From Escherichia coli (GTDB lineage: Bacteria; Pseudomonadota; Gammaproteobacteria; Enterobacterales; Enterobacteriaceae): a stretch of 64,000 nt of DNA. A program made the position numbers and the translations under genes. Each line of letters starts with the position of its first letter. The stretch's first letter is position 1. The notes under the pieces were generated by a model that was not told where the DNA came from, made no database searches, and saw nothing but the letters and a program-made list of their open reading frames with translations. This document shows positions 34,584 through 47,609 of this stretch, piece after piece. The stretch is from NCBI RefSeq assembly GCF_044647545.1, contig NZ_CP172818.1. One strand, written 5' to 3'.

Positions 34584-35005
34584 GCCATTACTCCTGTTGT
34601 TCTGAAAGGTGCAACTTAACGTTATCGTGAAATATCCATGATGTTGCAACTTTGTGCAACCATGTTAAATGTGACCTGCGTAGCAAGCTTAAAAATGAAT
34701 GAAATGTTAATAAAAGAAATCGATATGACAGGGATTAAAAAAATAACTCAGACTTTTTCTCTGCGGCAGTTAACATTTTTGAAAGGTGCAACCGCAAAAA
34801 ATGTGAGAGAGTGCAACCTGATGAAAAATAGTGTCGCTGAGCACTAAAATTTAATGTAAATGGTGTGTTAAATCGATTGTGAATAACCAGCGCTTCCGGC
34901 AGGATACGGTCGCCCTGGTAAAACATAAACTCTGTTACCCCGTTCCGGTGGCAGATATAACGGCAAGTTTCGACATTGCCGATAATAATTTTTTGGAGAC
35001 TTTAG
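34584..35005. promoter_or_regulatory. put control region with multiple GTTGCA PutA operator motifs and divergent putA/putP promoters
   Basis: At least five GTTGCA/TGCAAC hexamers (for example atgttgcaactttgtgcaacc near 34640-34660, ggtgcaacc near 34785, gagtgcaacc near 34810). Confidence 0.8.
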
Positions 35006-36514
<1,509 letters not shown>

Positions 36515-36515
36515 G

Positions 36516-36550
36516 AGAGGCAATCAGTGATTGCCCTCTGCGTTTTTTCT
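36516..36550 (+). terminator. Rho-independent terminator after putP
   Basis: gagaggcaatcagtgattgccctc hairpin followed by a T-run. Confidence 0.7.
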
Positions 36551-36687
36551 CAAAATATTTTTACATCTTCTCATCATTATCACTACATTTCACTTGTATT
36601 TTTCTTCATCGTAATGATAATCGCTATCACTGCGATTTACTTTTCTTTGCATAGATTGACTCAGAAAAACGTTTAAGGGTGGGTGGC

Positions 36688-37518
36688 ATGTTTGTTCCAT
36701 TTCTCATTATGTTGCGCGAAGGACTTGAAGCCGCGCTGATTGTCAGTTTGATTGCCAGCTATCTTAAGCGTACCCAGCGAGGCCGATGGATTGGTGTGAT
36801 GTGGATTGGCGTGTTGCTTGCCGCTGCGTTGTGCCTGGGCTTGGGTATCTTCATTAACGAAACCACCGGTGAATTTCCGCAAAAAGAACAGGAACTGTTT
36901 GAAGGCATCGTGGCGGTGATCGCCGTGGTGATCCTTACCTGGATGGTTTTCTGGATGCGCAAAGTGTCGCGCAACGTCAAAGTACAACTGGAGCAGGCGG
37001 TCGATAGCGCATTGCAGCGTGGAAATCATCATGGCTGGGCGCTGGTGATGATGGTTTTTTTTGCCGTTGCAAGGGAAGGGCTGGAGTCGGTCTTTTTCCT
37101 GCTGGCGGCATTTCAACAAGATGTCGGGATCTGGCCGCCGCTGGGTGCAATGCTCGGTCTTGCTACAGCCGTGGTGCTTGGCTTCCTGCTCTACTGGGGC
37201 GGTATTCGCCTCAATCTTGGTGCATTTTTTAAATGGACCAGCCTGTTTATTCTCTTCGTCGCCGCAGGGCTGGCGGCTGGTGCCATTCGCGCATTTCATG
37301 AAGCCGGATTGTGGAACCACTTTCAGGAAATCGCCTTCGATATGAGCGCGGTGCTCTCAACTCACTCGCTGTTTGGCACGCTGATGGAAGGGATTTTTGG
37401 CTATCAGGAAGCGCCGAGTGTCAGCGAAGTCGCCGTCTGGTTTATTTATCTCATCCCGGCGCTGGTGGCATTTGCTCTGCCACCACGCGCAGGGGCGACA
37501 GCGTCTCGCTCCGCGTAA
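36688..37518 (+). CDS. efeU: Ferrous iron permease EfeU (intact)
   Basis: Uninterrupted ORF with two REGLE motifs (REGLEAALIVSL and REGLESVFFLL); alternative GTG start at 36679. Confidence 0.88.
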   Translation: MFVPFLIMLREGLEAALIVSLIASYLKRTQRGRWIGVMWIGVLLAAALCLGLGIFINETTGEFPQKEQELFEGIVAVIAVVILTWMVFWMRKVSRNVKVQLEQAVDSALQRGNHHGWALVMMVFFAVAREGLESVFFLLAAFQQDVGIWPPLGAMLGLATAVVLGFLLYWGGIRLNLGAFFKWTSLFILFVAAGLAAGAIRAFHEAGLWNHFQEIAFDMSAVLSTHSLFGTLMEGIFGYQEAPSVSEVAVWFIYLIPALVAFALPPRAGATASRSA

Positions 37519-37575
37519 CAAATACGACGCAAACTCTTGCTTAGTTACAACATACTTTAAAGGGATAGTCTCGTC

Positions 37576-38703
37576 ATGACCATTAACTTCCGCCGTAACG
37601 CATTGCAGTTGAGCGTGGCTGCGCTGTTCTCTTCTGCTTTTATGGCTAACGCCGCTGATATTCCGCAAGTCAAAGTGACCGTAACGGATAAGCAGTGCGA
37701 GCCGATGACCATTACGGTTAATGCCGGTAAAACACAGTTCATTATTCAGAACCACAGCCAGAAGGCGCTGGAGTGGGAGATCCTCAAAGGCGTGATGGTG
37801 GTGGAAGAGCGGGAAAATATCGCCCCTGGCTTTAGCCAGAAAATGACGGCGAATTTACAGCCTGGCGAATACGATATGACCTGCGGTCTGCTGACTAACC
37901 CGAAAGGGAAGTTGATCGTCAAAGGTGAGGCAACGGCGGATGCGGCGCAAAGTGATGCGCTGTTAAGTCTTGGTGGTGCAATTACTGCATATAAAGCGTA
38001 TGTCATGGCGGAAACCACGCAGCTGGTGACCGACACCAAAGCCTTTACCGACGCGATTAAAGCAGGCGATATCGAAAAAGCGAAAGCACTGTATGCGCCG
38101 ACGCGCCAGCACTATGAGCGCATTGAACCGATTGCTGAACTGTTCTCCGATCTGGATGGCAGCATTGACGCCCGTGAAGATGATTACGAGCAAAAAGCCG
38201 CCGATCCAAAATTCACCGGTTTCCACCGTCTGGAAAAAGCATTGTTTGGCGATAACACCACTAAAGGGATGGATAAGTATGCCGACCAGCTTTATACCGA
38301 TGTGGTCGATTTGCAAAAACGCATCAGTGAACTGGCTTTCCCACCTTCAAAAGTGGTCGGCGGTGCAGCCGGACTGATTGAGGAAGTGGCAGCCAGCAAA
38401 ATCAGCGGTGAAGAAGATCGCTACAGCCACACCGATCTGTGGGATTTCCAGGCTAACGTTGAAGGCTCGCAGAAAATTGTCGATCTGCTGCGTCCACAAC
38501 TGCAAAAGGCCAACCCGGAACTGCTGGCAAAAGTCGATGCCAATTTCAAAAAGGTCGATACCATTCTGGCGAAATACCGAACCAAAGACGGTTATGAAAC
38601 TTACGACAAGCTGACCGATGCCGACCGTAATGCGCTGAAAGGGCCGATTACTGCGCTGGCGGAAGATCTGGCGCAATTTCGTGGTGTGCTGGGACTGGAT
38701 TAA
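37576..38703 (+). CDS. efeO: Periplasmic iron uptake protein EfeO
   Basis: 375-aa ORF with signal peptide. Confidence 0.9.
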   Translation: MTINFRRNALQLSVAALFSSAFMANAADIPQVKVTVTDKQCEPMTITVNAGKTQFIIQNHSQKALEWEILKGVMVVEERENIAPGFSQKMTANLQPGEYDMTCGLLTNPKGKLIVKGEATADAAQSDALLSLGGAITAYKAYVMAETTQLVTDTKAFTDAIKAGDIEKAKALYAPTRQHYERIEPIAELFSDLDGSIDAREDDYEQKAADPKFTGFHRLEKALFGDNTTKGMDKYADQLYTDVVDLQKRISELAFPPSKVVGGAAGLIEEVAASKISGEEDRYSHTDLWDFQANVEGSQKIVDLLRPQLQKANPELLAKVDANFKKVDTILAKYRTKDGYETYDKLTDADRNALKGPITALAEDLAQFRGVLGLD

Positions 38704-38708
38704 GCGTT

Positions 38709-39980
38709 ATGCAGTATGAAGATGAAAACGGCGTGAATGAACCGTCACGCCGACGTTTACTGAAAGGGATTGGCGCGCTGGCGCTGGCAGGAAGTTGTCC
38801 GGTAGCGCATGCTCAAAAAACGCAAAGTGCGCCGGGGACGCTTTCACCGGATGCGCGCAGTGAAGCGCAGCCGTTTTATGGCGAACATCAGGCGGGTATT
38901 CTGACGCCGCAGCAGGCGGCAATGATGCTGGTGGCGTTTGATGTGCTTGCCAGCGATAAAACCGATCTTGAACGGTTGTTTCGCTTGTTGACTCAGCGTT
39001 TTGCTTTTCTGACTCAGGGCGGAGCGGCACCAGAAACGCCAAATCCGCGCCTGCCACCACTCGATTCCGGCATTCTTGGCGGCTACATTGCGCCCGATAA
39101 TCTCACCATAACGTTATCGGTGGGTCACTCATTGTTTGATGAGCGCTTTGGCCTTGCGCCACAGATGCCAAAAAAGTTGCAGAAGATGACGCGTTTCCCT
39201 AACGACTCGCTGGATGCGGCGTTATGTCATGGTGATGTGTTGCTACAAATTTGCGCCAACACCCAGGACACGGTGATCCATGCGCTGCGCGATATCATCA
39301 AACACACGCCGGATTTGCTCAGCGTGCGCTGGAAGCGGGAAGGGTTTATTTCCGACCACGCAGCGCGTAGTAAAGGCAAAGAGACGCCGATAAATTTGCT
39401 GGGCTTTAAAGACGGCACCGCCAATCCCGATAGCCAGAATGCGAAGTTGATGCAAAAAGTGGTGTGGGTGACGGCAGATCAGCAGGAGCCTGCGTGGACA
39501 ATCGGTGGCAGCTATCAGGCAGTACGCTTGATTCAGTTTCGGGTGGAATTTTGGGACAGAACGCCGCTGAAAGAGCAGCAGACGATATTTGGTCGTGATA
39601 AGCAAACCGGTGCGCCGCTGGGAATGCAGCATGAGCATGATGTTCCCGATTACGCCAGCGATCCGGAAGGGAAGGTGATCGCGCTGGACAGCCATATTCG
39701 GCTGGCGAATCCCCGCACGCCAGAGAGTGAGTCAAGTCTGATGCTGCGTCGTGGCTACAGTTATTCACTGGGCGTCACCAACTCCGGGCAACTGGATATG
39801 GGGCTACTGTTTGTCTGCTACCAACACGATCTGGAAAAAGGCTTCCTGACAGTACAAAAAAGGCTCAATGGCGAAGCGCTGGAGGAATACGTTAAACCCA
39901 TCGGCGGCGGTTATTTTTTTGCGCTGCCGGGAGTGAAGGACGCGAATGATTATCTCGGAAGCGCGTTATTGCGGGTTTGA
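38709..39980 (+). CDS. efeB: Dye-decolorising-type haem peroxidase EfeB (Tat substrate)
   Basis: 423 aa; twin-arginine signal [16 protein letters not shown]. Confidence 0.9.
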   Translation: MQYEDENGVNEPSRRRLLKGIGALALAGSCPVAHAQKTQSAPGTLSPDARSEAQPFYGEHQAGILTPQQAAMMLVAFDVLASDKTDLERLFRLLTQRFAFLTQGGAAPETPNPRLPPLDSGILGGYIAPDNLTITLSVGHSLFDERFGLAPQMPKKLQKMTRFPNDSLDAALCHGDVLLQICANTQDTVIHALRDIIKHTPDLLSVRWKREGFISDHAARSKGKETPINLLGFKDGTANPDSQNAKLMQKVVWVTADQQEPAWTIGGSYQAVRLIQFRVEFWDRTPLKEQQTIFGRDKQTGAPLGMQHEHDVPDYASDPEGKVIALDSHIRLANPRTPESESSLMLRRGYSYSLGVTNSGQLDMGLLFVCYQHDLEKGFLTVQKRLNGEALEEYVKPIGGGYFFALPGVKDANDYLGSALLRV

Positions 39981-39989
39981 ACGACGCAA

Positions 39990-40085
39990 ATATGCCCGAT
40001 GCGCAGGTTTATCGGGCATGAGTTTTGTGCACAAATTATTAATCACTTGTAGGTCGGGTAAGGCGTTCGCGCAGCATCCGGCAAA
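39990..40085. repeat. REP/BIME palindromic units downstream of efeB
   Basis: atgcccgat...atcgggcat inverted repeat and a REP unit tgtaggtcgggtaaggcgttcgcgcagcatccggca. Confidence 0.6.
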
Positions 40086-40145
40086 CACGAGGCACATTTT
40101 ACCAGCCCAGCGAATCCTGCTGAAAGCACACAGCTTTTTTCATCA

Positions 40146-40163
40146 CTGTCATCACTCTGTCAT
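40146..40163 (+). promoter_or_regulatory. Pho box (CTGTCAT-CACT-CTGTCAT) upstream of phoH
   Basis: Two 7-bp direct repeats separated by 4 bp, the PhoB binding-site architecture. Confidence 0.8.
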
Positions 40164-40312
40164 CTTTCCAGTAGAAACTAATGTCACTGAAATGGTGTTT
40201 TATAGTTAAATATAAGTGAATATATTGTTGCAATGAATGCGAGATCTGTTGTACTTATTAAGTAGCAGCGGAAGTTCCCGGCAGTGATAGTCAGTCACTA
40301 TGGAGATCGCGG

Positions 40313-40609
40313 ATGGTAACGTCCTGTTCTGGACAATGTTTTGTTAAGCAAGGCTCCACCACTCGCGGAGATTTCTCCTCCGGTAGCAACTTCGTCACTC
40401 TGTATTTTTCTCACTTCCTCTCTTTACTCGTGTTACCGACGCCGCAAACGGTGTGCGTAGCCGTTTTTCGGCATTTTATCCAAAAGCAAACTATGGCTTA
40501 CAAGGAAGCCAACCCTCTGATGTTCGTGCGCATAATCGCGCTGCCAACGGCGCGTGTGATGAATACAAACAACTCAAGGTGCTCTCCATGGGAAGACAAA
40601 AAGCAGTGA
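40313..40609 (+). other. Upstream ORF (98 codons) in the position of the phoH long-form N-terminus, out of frame with the PhoH core
   Basis: ATG 40313 frame terminates at 40609, overlapping the core frame; core frame has an in-frame TAG at 40384-40386. Confidence 0.5.
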
Positions 40610-41376
40610 TCAAAGCTCGTCGCGAGGCAAAACGTGTGCTGAGACGGGATTCGCGCAGCCATAAGCAGCGTGAAGAAGAATCGGTCACCTCGCTTGTGCA
40701 GATGAGCGGCGTAGAAGCCATTGGTATGGCCCGCGACAGTCGCGATACTTCGCCCATCCTCGCGCGAAATGAAGCGCAATTGCACTATCTGAAGGCTATT
40801 GAGAGTAAGCAGCTGATATTCGCCACGGGCGAAGCTGGGTGCGGAAAAACCTGGATCAGCGCAGCAAAAGCGGCAGAGGCCCTGATACATAAGGATGTCG
40901 ACAGGATTATCGTCACCCGTCCAGTTCTGCAAGCCGATGAAGATCTTGGCTTCTTACCTGGTGATATCGCAGAAAAGTTTGCTCCCTATTTTCGCCCGGT
41001 CTACGATGTGCTGGTCCGGCGCTTAGGGGCTTCCTTTATGCAGTACTGCCTGCGACCAGAAATAGGGAAGGTGGAAATTGCGCCGTTCGCCTATATGCGT
41101 GGACGTACCTTTGAAAATGCAGTCGTCATTCTTGACGAGGCGCAGAATGTGACTGCCGCGCAAATGAAAATGTTTTTAACCCGCCTCGGGGAGAACGTGA
41201 CGGTTATCGTCAACGGTGATATCACGCAATGCGATTTGCCTCGCGGCGTGTGCTCCGGATTAAGTGACGCGCTGGAACGTTTCGAAGAGGATGAAATGGT
41301 CGGGATCGTCCGATTCGGTAAAGAGGATTGCGTACGTTCGGCACTTTGCCAACGTACGCTACATGCATACAGTTAA
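40588..41376 (+). CDS. phoH: PhoH ATPase core (short form, 262 aa)
   Basis: ATG 40588 MGRQKAVIKARREAK...; Walker A GEAGCGKT; ORF track shows an upstream alternative start at 40453. Confidence 0.85.
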   Translation: MGRQKAVIKARREAKRVLRRDSRSHKQREEESVTSLVQMSGVEAIGMARDSRDTSPILARNEAQLHYLKAIESKQLIFATGEAGCGKTWISAAKAAEALIHKDVDRIIVTRPVLQADEDLGFLPGDIAEKFAPYFRPVYDVLVRRLGASFMQYCLRPEIGKVEIAPFAYMRGRTFENAVVILDEAQNVTAAQMKMFLTRLGENVTVIVNGDITQCDLPRGVCSGLSDALERFEEDEMVGIVRFGKEDCVRSALCQRTLHAYS

Positions 41377-41425
41377 GTGTATTATCGGCGCAGAGCCCGG
41401 GCGAACCGGGCTTTGTTTTGGGTGT

Positions 41426-41839
41426 TTATACCCGGACTAGCGTTTTTTCTGAAACCACCATTTTTATTTGTCCCTGGCTGGTGAAGTGTACGCTCATCCT
41501 GTGGCTTTTTTGTAGTTGCTGATAAAGCTCATCAGGTATTGCTAAGCTCTCTGCATATTCTCGCGGCGTATATTGGTATGCTGCATGATGCTGCTGTTTT
41601 TTAAAACGCAGCTTATTGTACAATGCCCAGACGATTAACACGACGGCATTCGCCACTGCCAGCAAAAAATAGAACTGAAGTCGGCTTCTGGCCTCGCTTT
41701 GCCAGTAATAACCCGTCAGCAGATCAATGGCGAATAAGAATATGAACAAAGCAAATAATGTCCACAAGATGGTTGTGGCAACATAATCAACCAGTAAACG
41801 TACTGGCGATTGTCGGGTCGTAATAATTAGATTGTTCAT
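41426..41839 (-). CDS. pgaD: PGA biosynthesis protein PgaD
   Basis: 137-aa membrane ORF. Confidence 0.9.
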   Translation of the reverse strand: MNNLIITTRQSPVRLLVDYVATTILWTLFALFIFLFAIDLLTGYYWQSEARSRLQFYFLLAVANAVVLIVWALYNKLRFKKQQHHAAYQYTPREYAESLAIPDELYQQLQKSHRMSVHFTSQGQIKMVVSEKTLVRV

Positions 41840-41840
41840 A

Positions 41841-43166
41841 TTAACCTCTCAGAATCCCACGATCGGGACTTACCCAACGAGCGCGTTGTTTTTTAGGCAT
41901 CAACATGACTCGTGTAAATGATACCAATGTCGTTGCCAGGCTTAGCATCCAGAAAATAACCGGGAACCAAATAATCCAGAAAAGCGATGAAGCCAGATTG
42001 TGCTCATAGCGATTCTCAATCACCAGACTGACAATAAATTGCAGTAAACATAACGTACACAATAATATTCCGGCAGTATGTGTCGCTGCGATATGTGTCA
42101 ATTCAATATTTAACGGTACACCTGCAAGTTGGACTGCGTAAATAATGAAACCGACCAGGCAGGTAAAGGCCCATATTGTCGTCAGACAGTATTCAAAAAA
42201 CAGTGGCCACATTCGAAAGTTTTCTTTGCGCCATAGCCTTGTCATATTTTTGAGGAATACTTCTGCACCGCCCTGAGCCCAGCGCAGGCGCTGTTTCCAC
42301 AGCCCTTTTAACGTTTCAGGCATTAATATCCAGCACAGCGCCCGTGGCTCGTAAAAAATCGTCCACTGATTCAACTGCAGCTTCCAGCTAATATCAATAT
42401 CTTCGGTGATCATATCGTCACTCCAGTAACCCACTTCTGCCAGGGCGCTGCGACGAAATGCGGCAATAACACCGGAAACTGTAAATACGTTTCCATAGAT
42501 ACGCTGGGTCCGCTTGATCAAACCAATAATTGAGGAATACTCGCCAACCTGAATTTTACCCACCAGGGTAGAACGTGTGCGAATACGAGGATTACCGGTT
42601 ACGGCACCCACACGCGGGTTGTACAACATCGGTTCCACAATATATGCCGCCGCATCGCGGTCTAATAACGCATCGCCATCAATGCACACCAGATATTCAC
42701 TTTTCGCCGCGGCAGCTCCGGTTTTAAGCGCAATGGCTTTCCCCTGGTTTTGCGCCAGATGAATGACCCGCAGGTGGGGAATTTGTGCAGCCATGCGATC
42801 CAGGATGGCACGGGTTTTGTCTGTTGAACCGTCATTTACGGCAATAACTTCAATGTTCTCATAACGCTGTGCTAAAGCGGCGTGTATGGTTTCCTCAACG
42901 TTTTTCTCCTCATTAAAACAGGGAATGATAATGGAGATAGACGGATTATCTTTCAACTGGGGGGCTGGTGCGTTTTCTCCCCACGGCCAGTGGCGTTCAC
43001 GATAGACCCAGAAATAGACGCCGCCAACAATCCACATAATGGACATAAAAAACGGCCAGAAGAAAACGAACCTCATCATCAGTTCACCAGAGTGAAAGTA
43101 CGCTACGCATAGGGGGATGCATAACACCAGACATAATATAAAAAACGATACGATGCGATTAATCAT
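41841..43166 (-). CDS. pgaC: Poly-beta-1,6-N-acetylglucosamine synthase PgaC (GT2)
   Basis: 441-aa ORF with glycosyltransferase family 2 motifs. Confidence 0.92.
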   Translation of the reverse strand: MINRIVSFFILCLVLCIPLCVAYFHSGELMMRFVFFWPFFMSIMWIVGGVYFWVYRERHWPWGENAPAPQLKDNPSISIIIPCFNEEKNVEETIHAALAQRYENIEVIAVNDGSTDKTRAILDRMAAQIPHLRVIHLAQNQGKAIALKTGAAAAKSEYLVCIDGDALLDRDAAAYIVEPMLYNPRVGAVTGNPRIRTRSTLVGKIQVGEYSSIIGLIKRTQRIYGNVFTVSGVIAAFRRSALAEVGYWSDDMITEDIDISWKLQLNQWTIFYEPRALCWILMPETLKGLWKQRLRWAQGGAEVFLKNMTRLWRKENFRMWPLFFEYCLTTIWAFTCLVGFIIYAVQLAGVPLNIELTHIAATHTAGILLCTLCLLQFIVSLVIENRYEHNLASSLFWIIWFPVIFWMLSLATTLVSFTRVMLMPKKQRARWVSPDRGILRG

Positions 43167-45177
43167 TTTTCGGATACCAGGCTGTTGAAAACTCAGGACG
43201 AATAACGTCTATTTCAGGTTGGTTATGCAGAAAATTGTCGGGATAATAACCATAATTTTTCACTCCATTCAGTTGTAATAGGCTCATCCAGTGAGCGAGT
43301 TGTTGTGAAGAAATAGCCTGATGCTGACCATTTTTCTGCCAGTTTTGTGCCTGTAATTCTAAAATTGATTTGTCTTTAGCCTGCGGGATGCTTTTCATCT
43401 GATTGGTCAATTGTGTTAACCATTGATCAGCCAATTTTTCTGTGACGCCTTCCATATAAGGCATAGCCATAATAGCGGTCCAGTCATAGCTTTTTAGGAA
43501 ATCAGCATAATTCTGTGCAAACCAGGCTTCACTTTCAGGTTGTATTACCGGAAGTGCAAAAATATTTCGTGCAGTTTTAACATGTGGACCACGAATGGCT
43601 TTTACGCGCGCACTAAGTTCTAAAGTGAAGTCAGTTAACGCACGACTTTTAAAGCGGGTCCACTGTTTAAATTGCTCCGGGTTTTGTCGAATTTCGCTCA
43701 GACTCCCGCTAAAGCCAGCTTGCTGATAAGCCGCGATAGCCGGTGCACTGGCATCTTCATAATCTGAAAGCAAAGCATCATCGTGGAACAATATGCCATC
43801 AAAAGCAGCATGTCCGGCAAGATCATCATATAACATGCCAACTTGTGCTCTGACCCTGTCATCGAAAGGAGAGAGACGGCGGTATTGTTCAGGATGAATT
43901 TGTGCTTTTTTCTCCCCAGTTGGTAAGTATTTTACTCGCGTTAATGTGGGATCTAAATCCCAGCTTAATACCGGCATCCACGCATAGATGTTTACACCTG
44001 AGCGGGTACGCAATTGCCAGGCAACCCGACTAAAAATATCTGCTTTCATTGGTAGCAAACGATTTGGAAACCAGACCTCTTTAACCAGCCCATCACCATC
44101 GGGATCAGCAAATGCTTGTAAATACACGGTAGATATTTGCATATCTTTTACCCGCTGAATTAGCACATCAATATTGCGATCCATTTGCTGGCGGTTTTCG
44201 TCATAAATGTAATCAAGATCGATATGCATTACCCGTTGTAGTGGTTTTTCCTGTACGGTAATAATTTGCTGGGCAAACTCTTTTAATGAGGGATTATTGG
44301 CGATTAATACTCGCGGAATGGAATCTAATTGCGACGCATTTGCCAAACCTGATTCAAGGGTGAAGAACATGTCATAACCGAGTTTTTTTAATTCCGCGAT
44401 TGCTATGCCATTCGCTTCGCCATAAGGCCAAACAAAAACGTGTGGATTTACCTCAGCCTTTGTACGCAGGTATTCCGTCATTTTTACAGCATCCAGACGA
44501 ATTCTTTCCCGGTATTCTGCTGCGGTTTCATACCGTGCGTGGTCAGTAAAATATGCACGATTTACATATACAGGCAATAAGCTGCCGGTGGCATTAGCCT
44601 GAATACCGTAGTGAGAATTCCATGTATGAGAAGCGACCTCAACGAGCCGGGAACGCGCAACTTCTCGCACTTGTTGCCACGTGGCAAAATATTCTCGATC
44701 GACCATCTCATCGCCAAATTTTACTTGTTCATCCGCTGGCGTATCGACCCAACTGCCGACGGGGGCCCATACAGCAGGCCACTGGAAGGCCTGAAGAATT
44801 GGGAAGACGCGGGTATAAAAACTCTGGTAGCCGTCATCAAAAGTCAGCACTACTGCTTTTTCCGGTAGCGGTTTTCCTCCTCGATGTGCTTCACGAATTT
44901 GAGCAATACTGACCGGTTGATAACCGTTCTCGCGCAGCCAGGCAAATTGTTCACGCAGTGCTGATGTTCGCACTGACATAAAACGCTGGTCGGCAGCTTC
45001 GTCTTCAACGTTATGCCATGAAATCGCCACAAAACCATTATGCGGCCACGGTTGCTCGGCGAGTAAAGATTCGCGATCCTGTGGCGGTATAAATGATGTT
45101 CTTGACTGGCTAATGCACGCAGTGAGCATAATTATACTCACCAGCATCAGGATATATTTATTTCCATTACGTAACAT
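43159..45177 (-). CDS. pgaB: PGA N-deacetylase PgaB
   Basis: 672-aa ORF with lipoprotein signal (LTACISQ). Confidence 0.92.
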   Translation of the reverse strand: MLRNGNKYILMLVSIIMLTACISQSRTSFIPPQDRESLLAEQPWPHNGFVAISWHNVEDEAADQRFMSVRTSALREQFAWLRENGYQPVSIAQIREAHRGGKPLPEKAVVLTFDDGYQSFYTRVFPILQAFQWPAVWAPVGSWVDTPADEQVKFGDEMVDREYFATWQQVREVARSRLVEVASHTWNSHYGIQANATGSLLPVYVNRAYFTDHARYETAAEYRERIRLDAVKMTEYLRTKAEVNPHVFVWPYGEANGIAIAELKKLGYDMFFTLESGLANASQLDSIPRVLIANNPSLKEFAQQIITVQEKPLQRVMHIDLDYIYDENRQQMDRNIDVLIQRVKDMQISTVYLQAFADPDGDGLVKEVWFPNRLLPMKADIFSRVAWQLRTRSGVNIYAWMPVLSWDLDPTLTRVKYLPTGEKKAQIHPEQYRRLSPFDDRVRAQVGMLYDDLAGHAAFDGILFHDDALLSDYEDASAPAIAAYQQAGFSGSLSEIRQNPEQFKQWTRFKSRALTDFTLELSARVKAIRGPHVKTARNIFALPVIQPESEAWFAQNYADFLKSYDWTAIMAMPYMEGVTEKLADQWLTQLTNQMKSIPQAKDKSILELQAQNWQKNGQHQAISSQQLAHWMSLLQLNGVKNYGYYPDNFLHNQPEIDVIRPEFSTAWYPKND

Positions 45178-45185
45178 ATTTATCC

Positions 45186-47609
45186 TTAAAATCTGAATGT
45201 CATATCGAATTCAACGTATAAGTTGTGTTCTCTGTCACCGTCATAAGGTCGTTTTTCCCAGCGTAGCGTTGCGCCAGCATCAATCACGTCATTCCAGCTA
45301 ATACGTTGCCCGTAGCCGAGTTGGGTGACGACATCCGTGCCATAATGTTTTTGCCAGGAGGCACCAACACCTGCGCTGAAGATTTGCTCCCAGCTATTTT
45401 CATAGCTACGCCATAACAAATGACTTGCCTCAAATGCCGGAACAATATCGAACGTTTTTATAGGGTTGTAGTATGGAGTGTCGTGTTCTGTATTTTGTTC
45501 GTAATACAGATTGGGTAGGAAATCGACAATCAAATATGGTGAAGACCAGATGCGTTCCTGACCCTCAAGTGAGACTTCCTGACGCTGGTTACTGTCGGAA
45601 AAATCAGTGAAAGCCCAGGAGACACCGTACTTACGCCGCTCATTTTGATACCAGCGAACATAAGCCTGAGCACTGTTGCCTGTAACACCATTTTTCATTG
45701 CCCGTAATGGAACGCGGTGAGAGAGGCGTTCCAGTTGCGAACCAATACGCCAGTTATCATTAAAATCATACCAGCCAGATAGGCGCGCGCCGGGTTTATG
45801 CTCATGATTGAAAACGCGTTCAGCGTACTCCGCCTCGAGCCAGATATTACGTGACCGCCACTCAACACCCGCCAGCCAGTCGCGAACAATCCCTTTTCCT
45901 TCGCTAAATTGTCCATCGGCATAACCGAATCCAGCAAAACCGCGCCAGTTATCCTTCAGCGGTGGTGAATAAACGATGGTGGTTAAGTCGACATCATGTT
46001 TACCACTATCCGGGCCTTCGGCATCAATTCCTGTTGAACCAGCTATACGAAGCTCTGCAAGATTATGTACATCAACCGCACGTTTTAAACGTACAACGCC
46101 GGGATCTTGCGGTTCACGTTCGACAACATCGTGCGTTAAGACAGCTGCCTGCTGCCATTCTTGTAACGTTAATGCTGTCCATGCTTGTTCAACCTCCAGA
46201 TTAATATTACGTGGCTCGATCACTTCTGCTTTTTTTAATTCATTTTCTGCTGCACGAGGCCAACCGCGGGCTTGTAACACACTCGCGTAATCAATGCGCA
46301 GTCCCTGATTTCCTGGTGCGTTATAAGCAAGCTCTCTGGCTATCATTTCAGCCTGAGGAAGATCATTACTATATTTTGCTACGGTTGAGAGAAACGAATG
46401 CCCCTGTAACCAGGTATCATTCGGGATGCTCGTAGGCGTGCCCATTAACCGAAGGAAAGGCGGCGAAGTATTAATGGTATGTTGGGTGACAGTTAGCGCG
46501 CCGGGATAATTTTCACTCTCCAGGTGGCTGTAAAAGAGATCCGCAAGTTCTTCATCGGATAAATCCGGGGCAATGGTCTCCTTGTGATAAAAGAGCTCTG
46601 TCATTATTGACTGTGCTTTTTTTGGCTGATGTTCTTTGAGATAAGCCGACGCAACCCAATATTGCGCCCAGGGTGGAATAATTTGCCCCGTCTTTTTTAA
46701 ACGCTGATAGTGAGAAATAACGTCTTTATAACGATCGCGAGTTAATAACGCGCCAAGATGATCAACCTGAATACGCTGGTACTGGGCAGTGCGGTCAGGG
46801 TTATCATACCAAAGAATTTCTAATGCAGCGTATTGGGCGAGGGCGCGATCGGCAATGGCATAACGTTCACTTTCACTGCGCGTAGGCATAAACGACAGTC
46901 TGACCAGTTCGGCATGAATATCAGCGCGAATATCTGGCGTTAAATTGGCATCGTCAATCGCGGCAGTAAGTTGATTATTCCGTAATGCCTGCACGTATTC
47001 TGTGGGATATTGTTGCGTTAAGGCATTTTCAGGTAATGATCCTGTCATCGCCCGTAATTCATCCTCATGCCGCCCCGCCAGTTTATAGATATAGGCTTCT
47101 GCGAGTAAATTAGCTTTGTCCGGTGCTCCAGAGTTAAGCTGCTTAAGTTTAACCAGCGCAGAATCATAGTGACCCGCATCTGCCAGGGTTAAAATTTGTC
47201 CCCGTTGATAATCCTTATTTTGCGACTCCAGAGAGAGTGCCTTTTGCCACAGTGTAAGCGAGTTTTGCCATTGTTGCAGGTTACGATAAGCGACGGCGAC
47301 AGCTGCATAACCACGCGCTGGTAATTGCTGATGACGGTAGCGGTTGTAAACGGTAATAACCTGTTTATCTTGCCCGGCCCATAAGGCAATCTGTAACCAG
47401 TCAGCAATTTGGTTATTACTGAGAGCTGATTTTTGTGCAAACCATAACAAAGCTGGCTGAGTATTTCCCTTGCGAGCTTCGATAATCAATGCATCATAGG
47501 CATTATTAACAGCACTCTTCGCCGCGGGACTCGCTGCTAAAAATGCGGCAGTAAGAATTTTCAAAGCCCATTTGGTTTTCGGGCACCTTTTTCTGCTACT
47601 TGAATACAT
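45186..47609 (-). CDS. pgaA: PGA export outer membrane porin PgaA
   Basis: 807-aa ORF with signal peptide. Confidence 0.92.
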   Translation of the reverse strand: MYSSSRKRCPKTKWALKILTAAFLAASPAAKSAVNNAYDALIIEARKGNTQPALLWFAQKSALSNNQIADWLQIALWAGQDKQVITVYNRYRHQQLPARGYAAVAVAYRNLQQWQNSLTLWQKALSLESQNKDYQRGQILTLADAGHYDSALVKLKQLNSGAPDKANLLAEAYIYKLAGRHEDELRAMTGSLPENALTQQYPTEYVQALRNNQLTAAIDDANLTPDIRADIHAELVRLSFMPTRSESERYAIADRALAQYAALEILWYDNPDRTAQYQRIQVDHLGALLTRDRYKDVISHYQRLKKTGQIIPPWAQYWVASAYLKEHQPKKAQSIMTELFYHKETIAPDLSDEELADLFYSHLESENYPGALTVTQHTINTSPPFLRLMGTPTSIPNDTWLQGHSFLSTVAKYSNDLPQAEMIARELAYNAPGNQGLRIDYASVLQARGWPRAAENELKKAEVIEPRNINLEVEQAWTALTLQEWQQAAVLTHDVVEREPQDPGVVRLKRAVDVHNLAELRIAGSTGIDAEGPDSGKHDVDLTTIVYSPPLKDNWRGFAGFGYADGQFSEGKGIVRDWLAGVEWRSRNIWLEAEYAERVFNHEHKPGARLSGWYDFNDNWRIGSQLERLSHRVPLRAMKNGVTGNSAQAYVRWYQNERRKYGVSWAFTDFSDSNQRQEVSLEGQERIWSSPYLIVDFLPNLYYEQNTEHDTPYYNPIKTFDIVPAFEASHLLWRSYENSWEQIFSAGVGASWQKHYGTDVVTQLGYGQRISWNDVIDAGATLRWEKRPYDGDREHNLYVEFDMTFRF

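Noticed and set aside
36673-37320. 215-aa ORF on the minus strand antisense to efeU
   Set aside because: Lies entirely within the well-supported efeU CDS on the opposite strand; His-rich low-complexity translation typical of antisense frames
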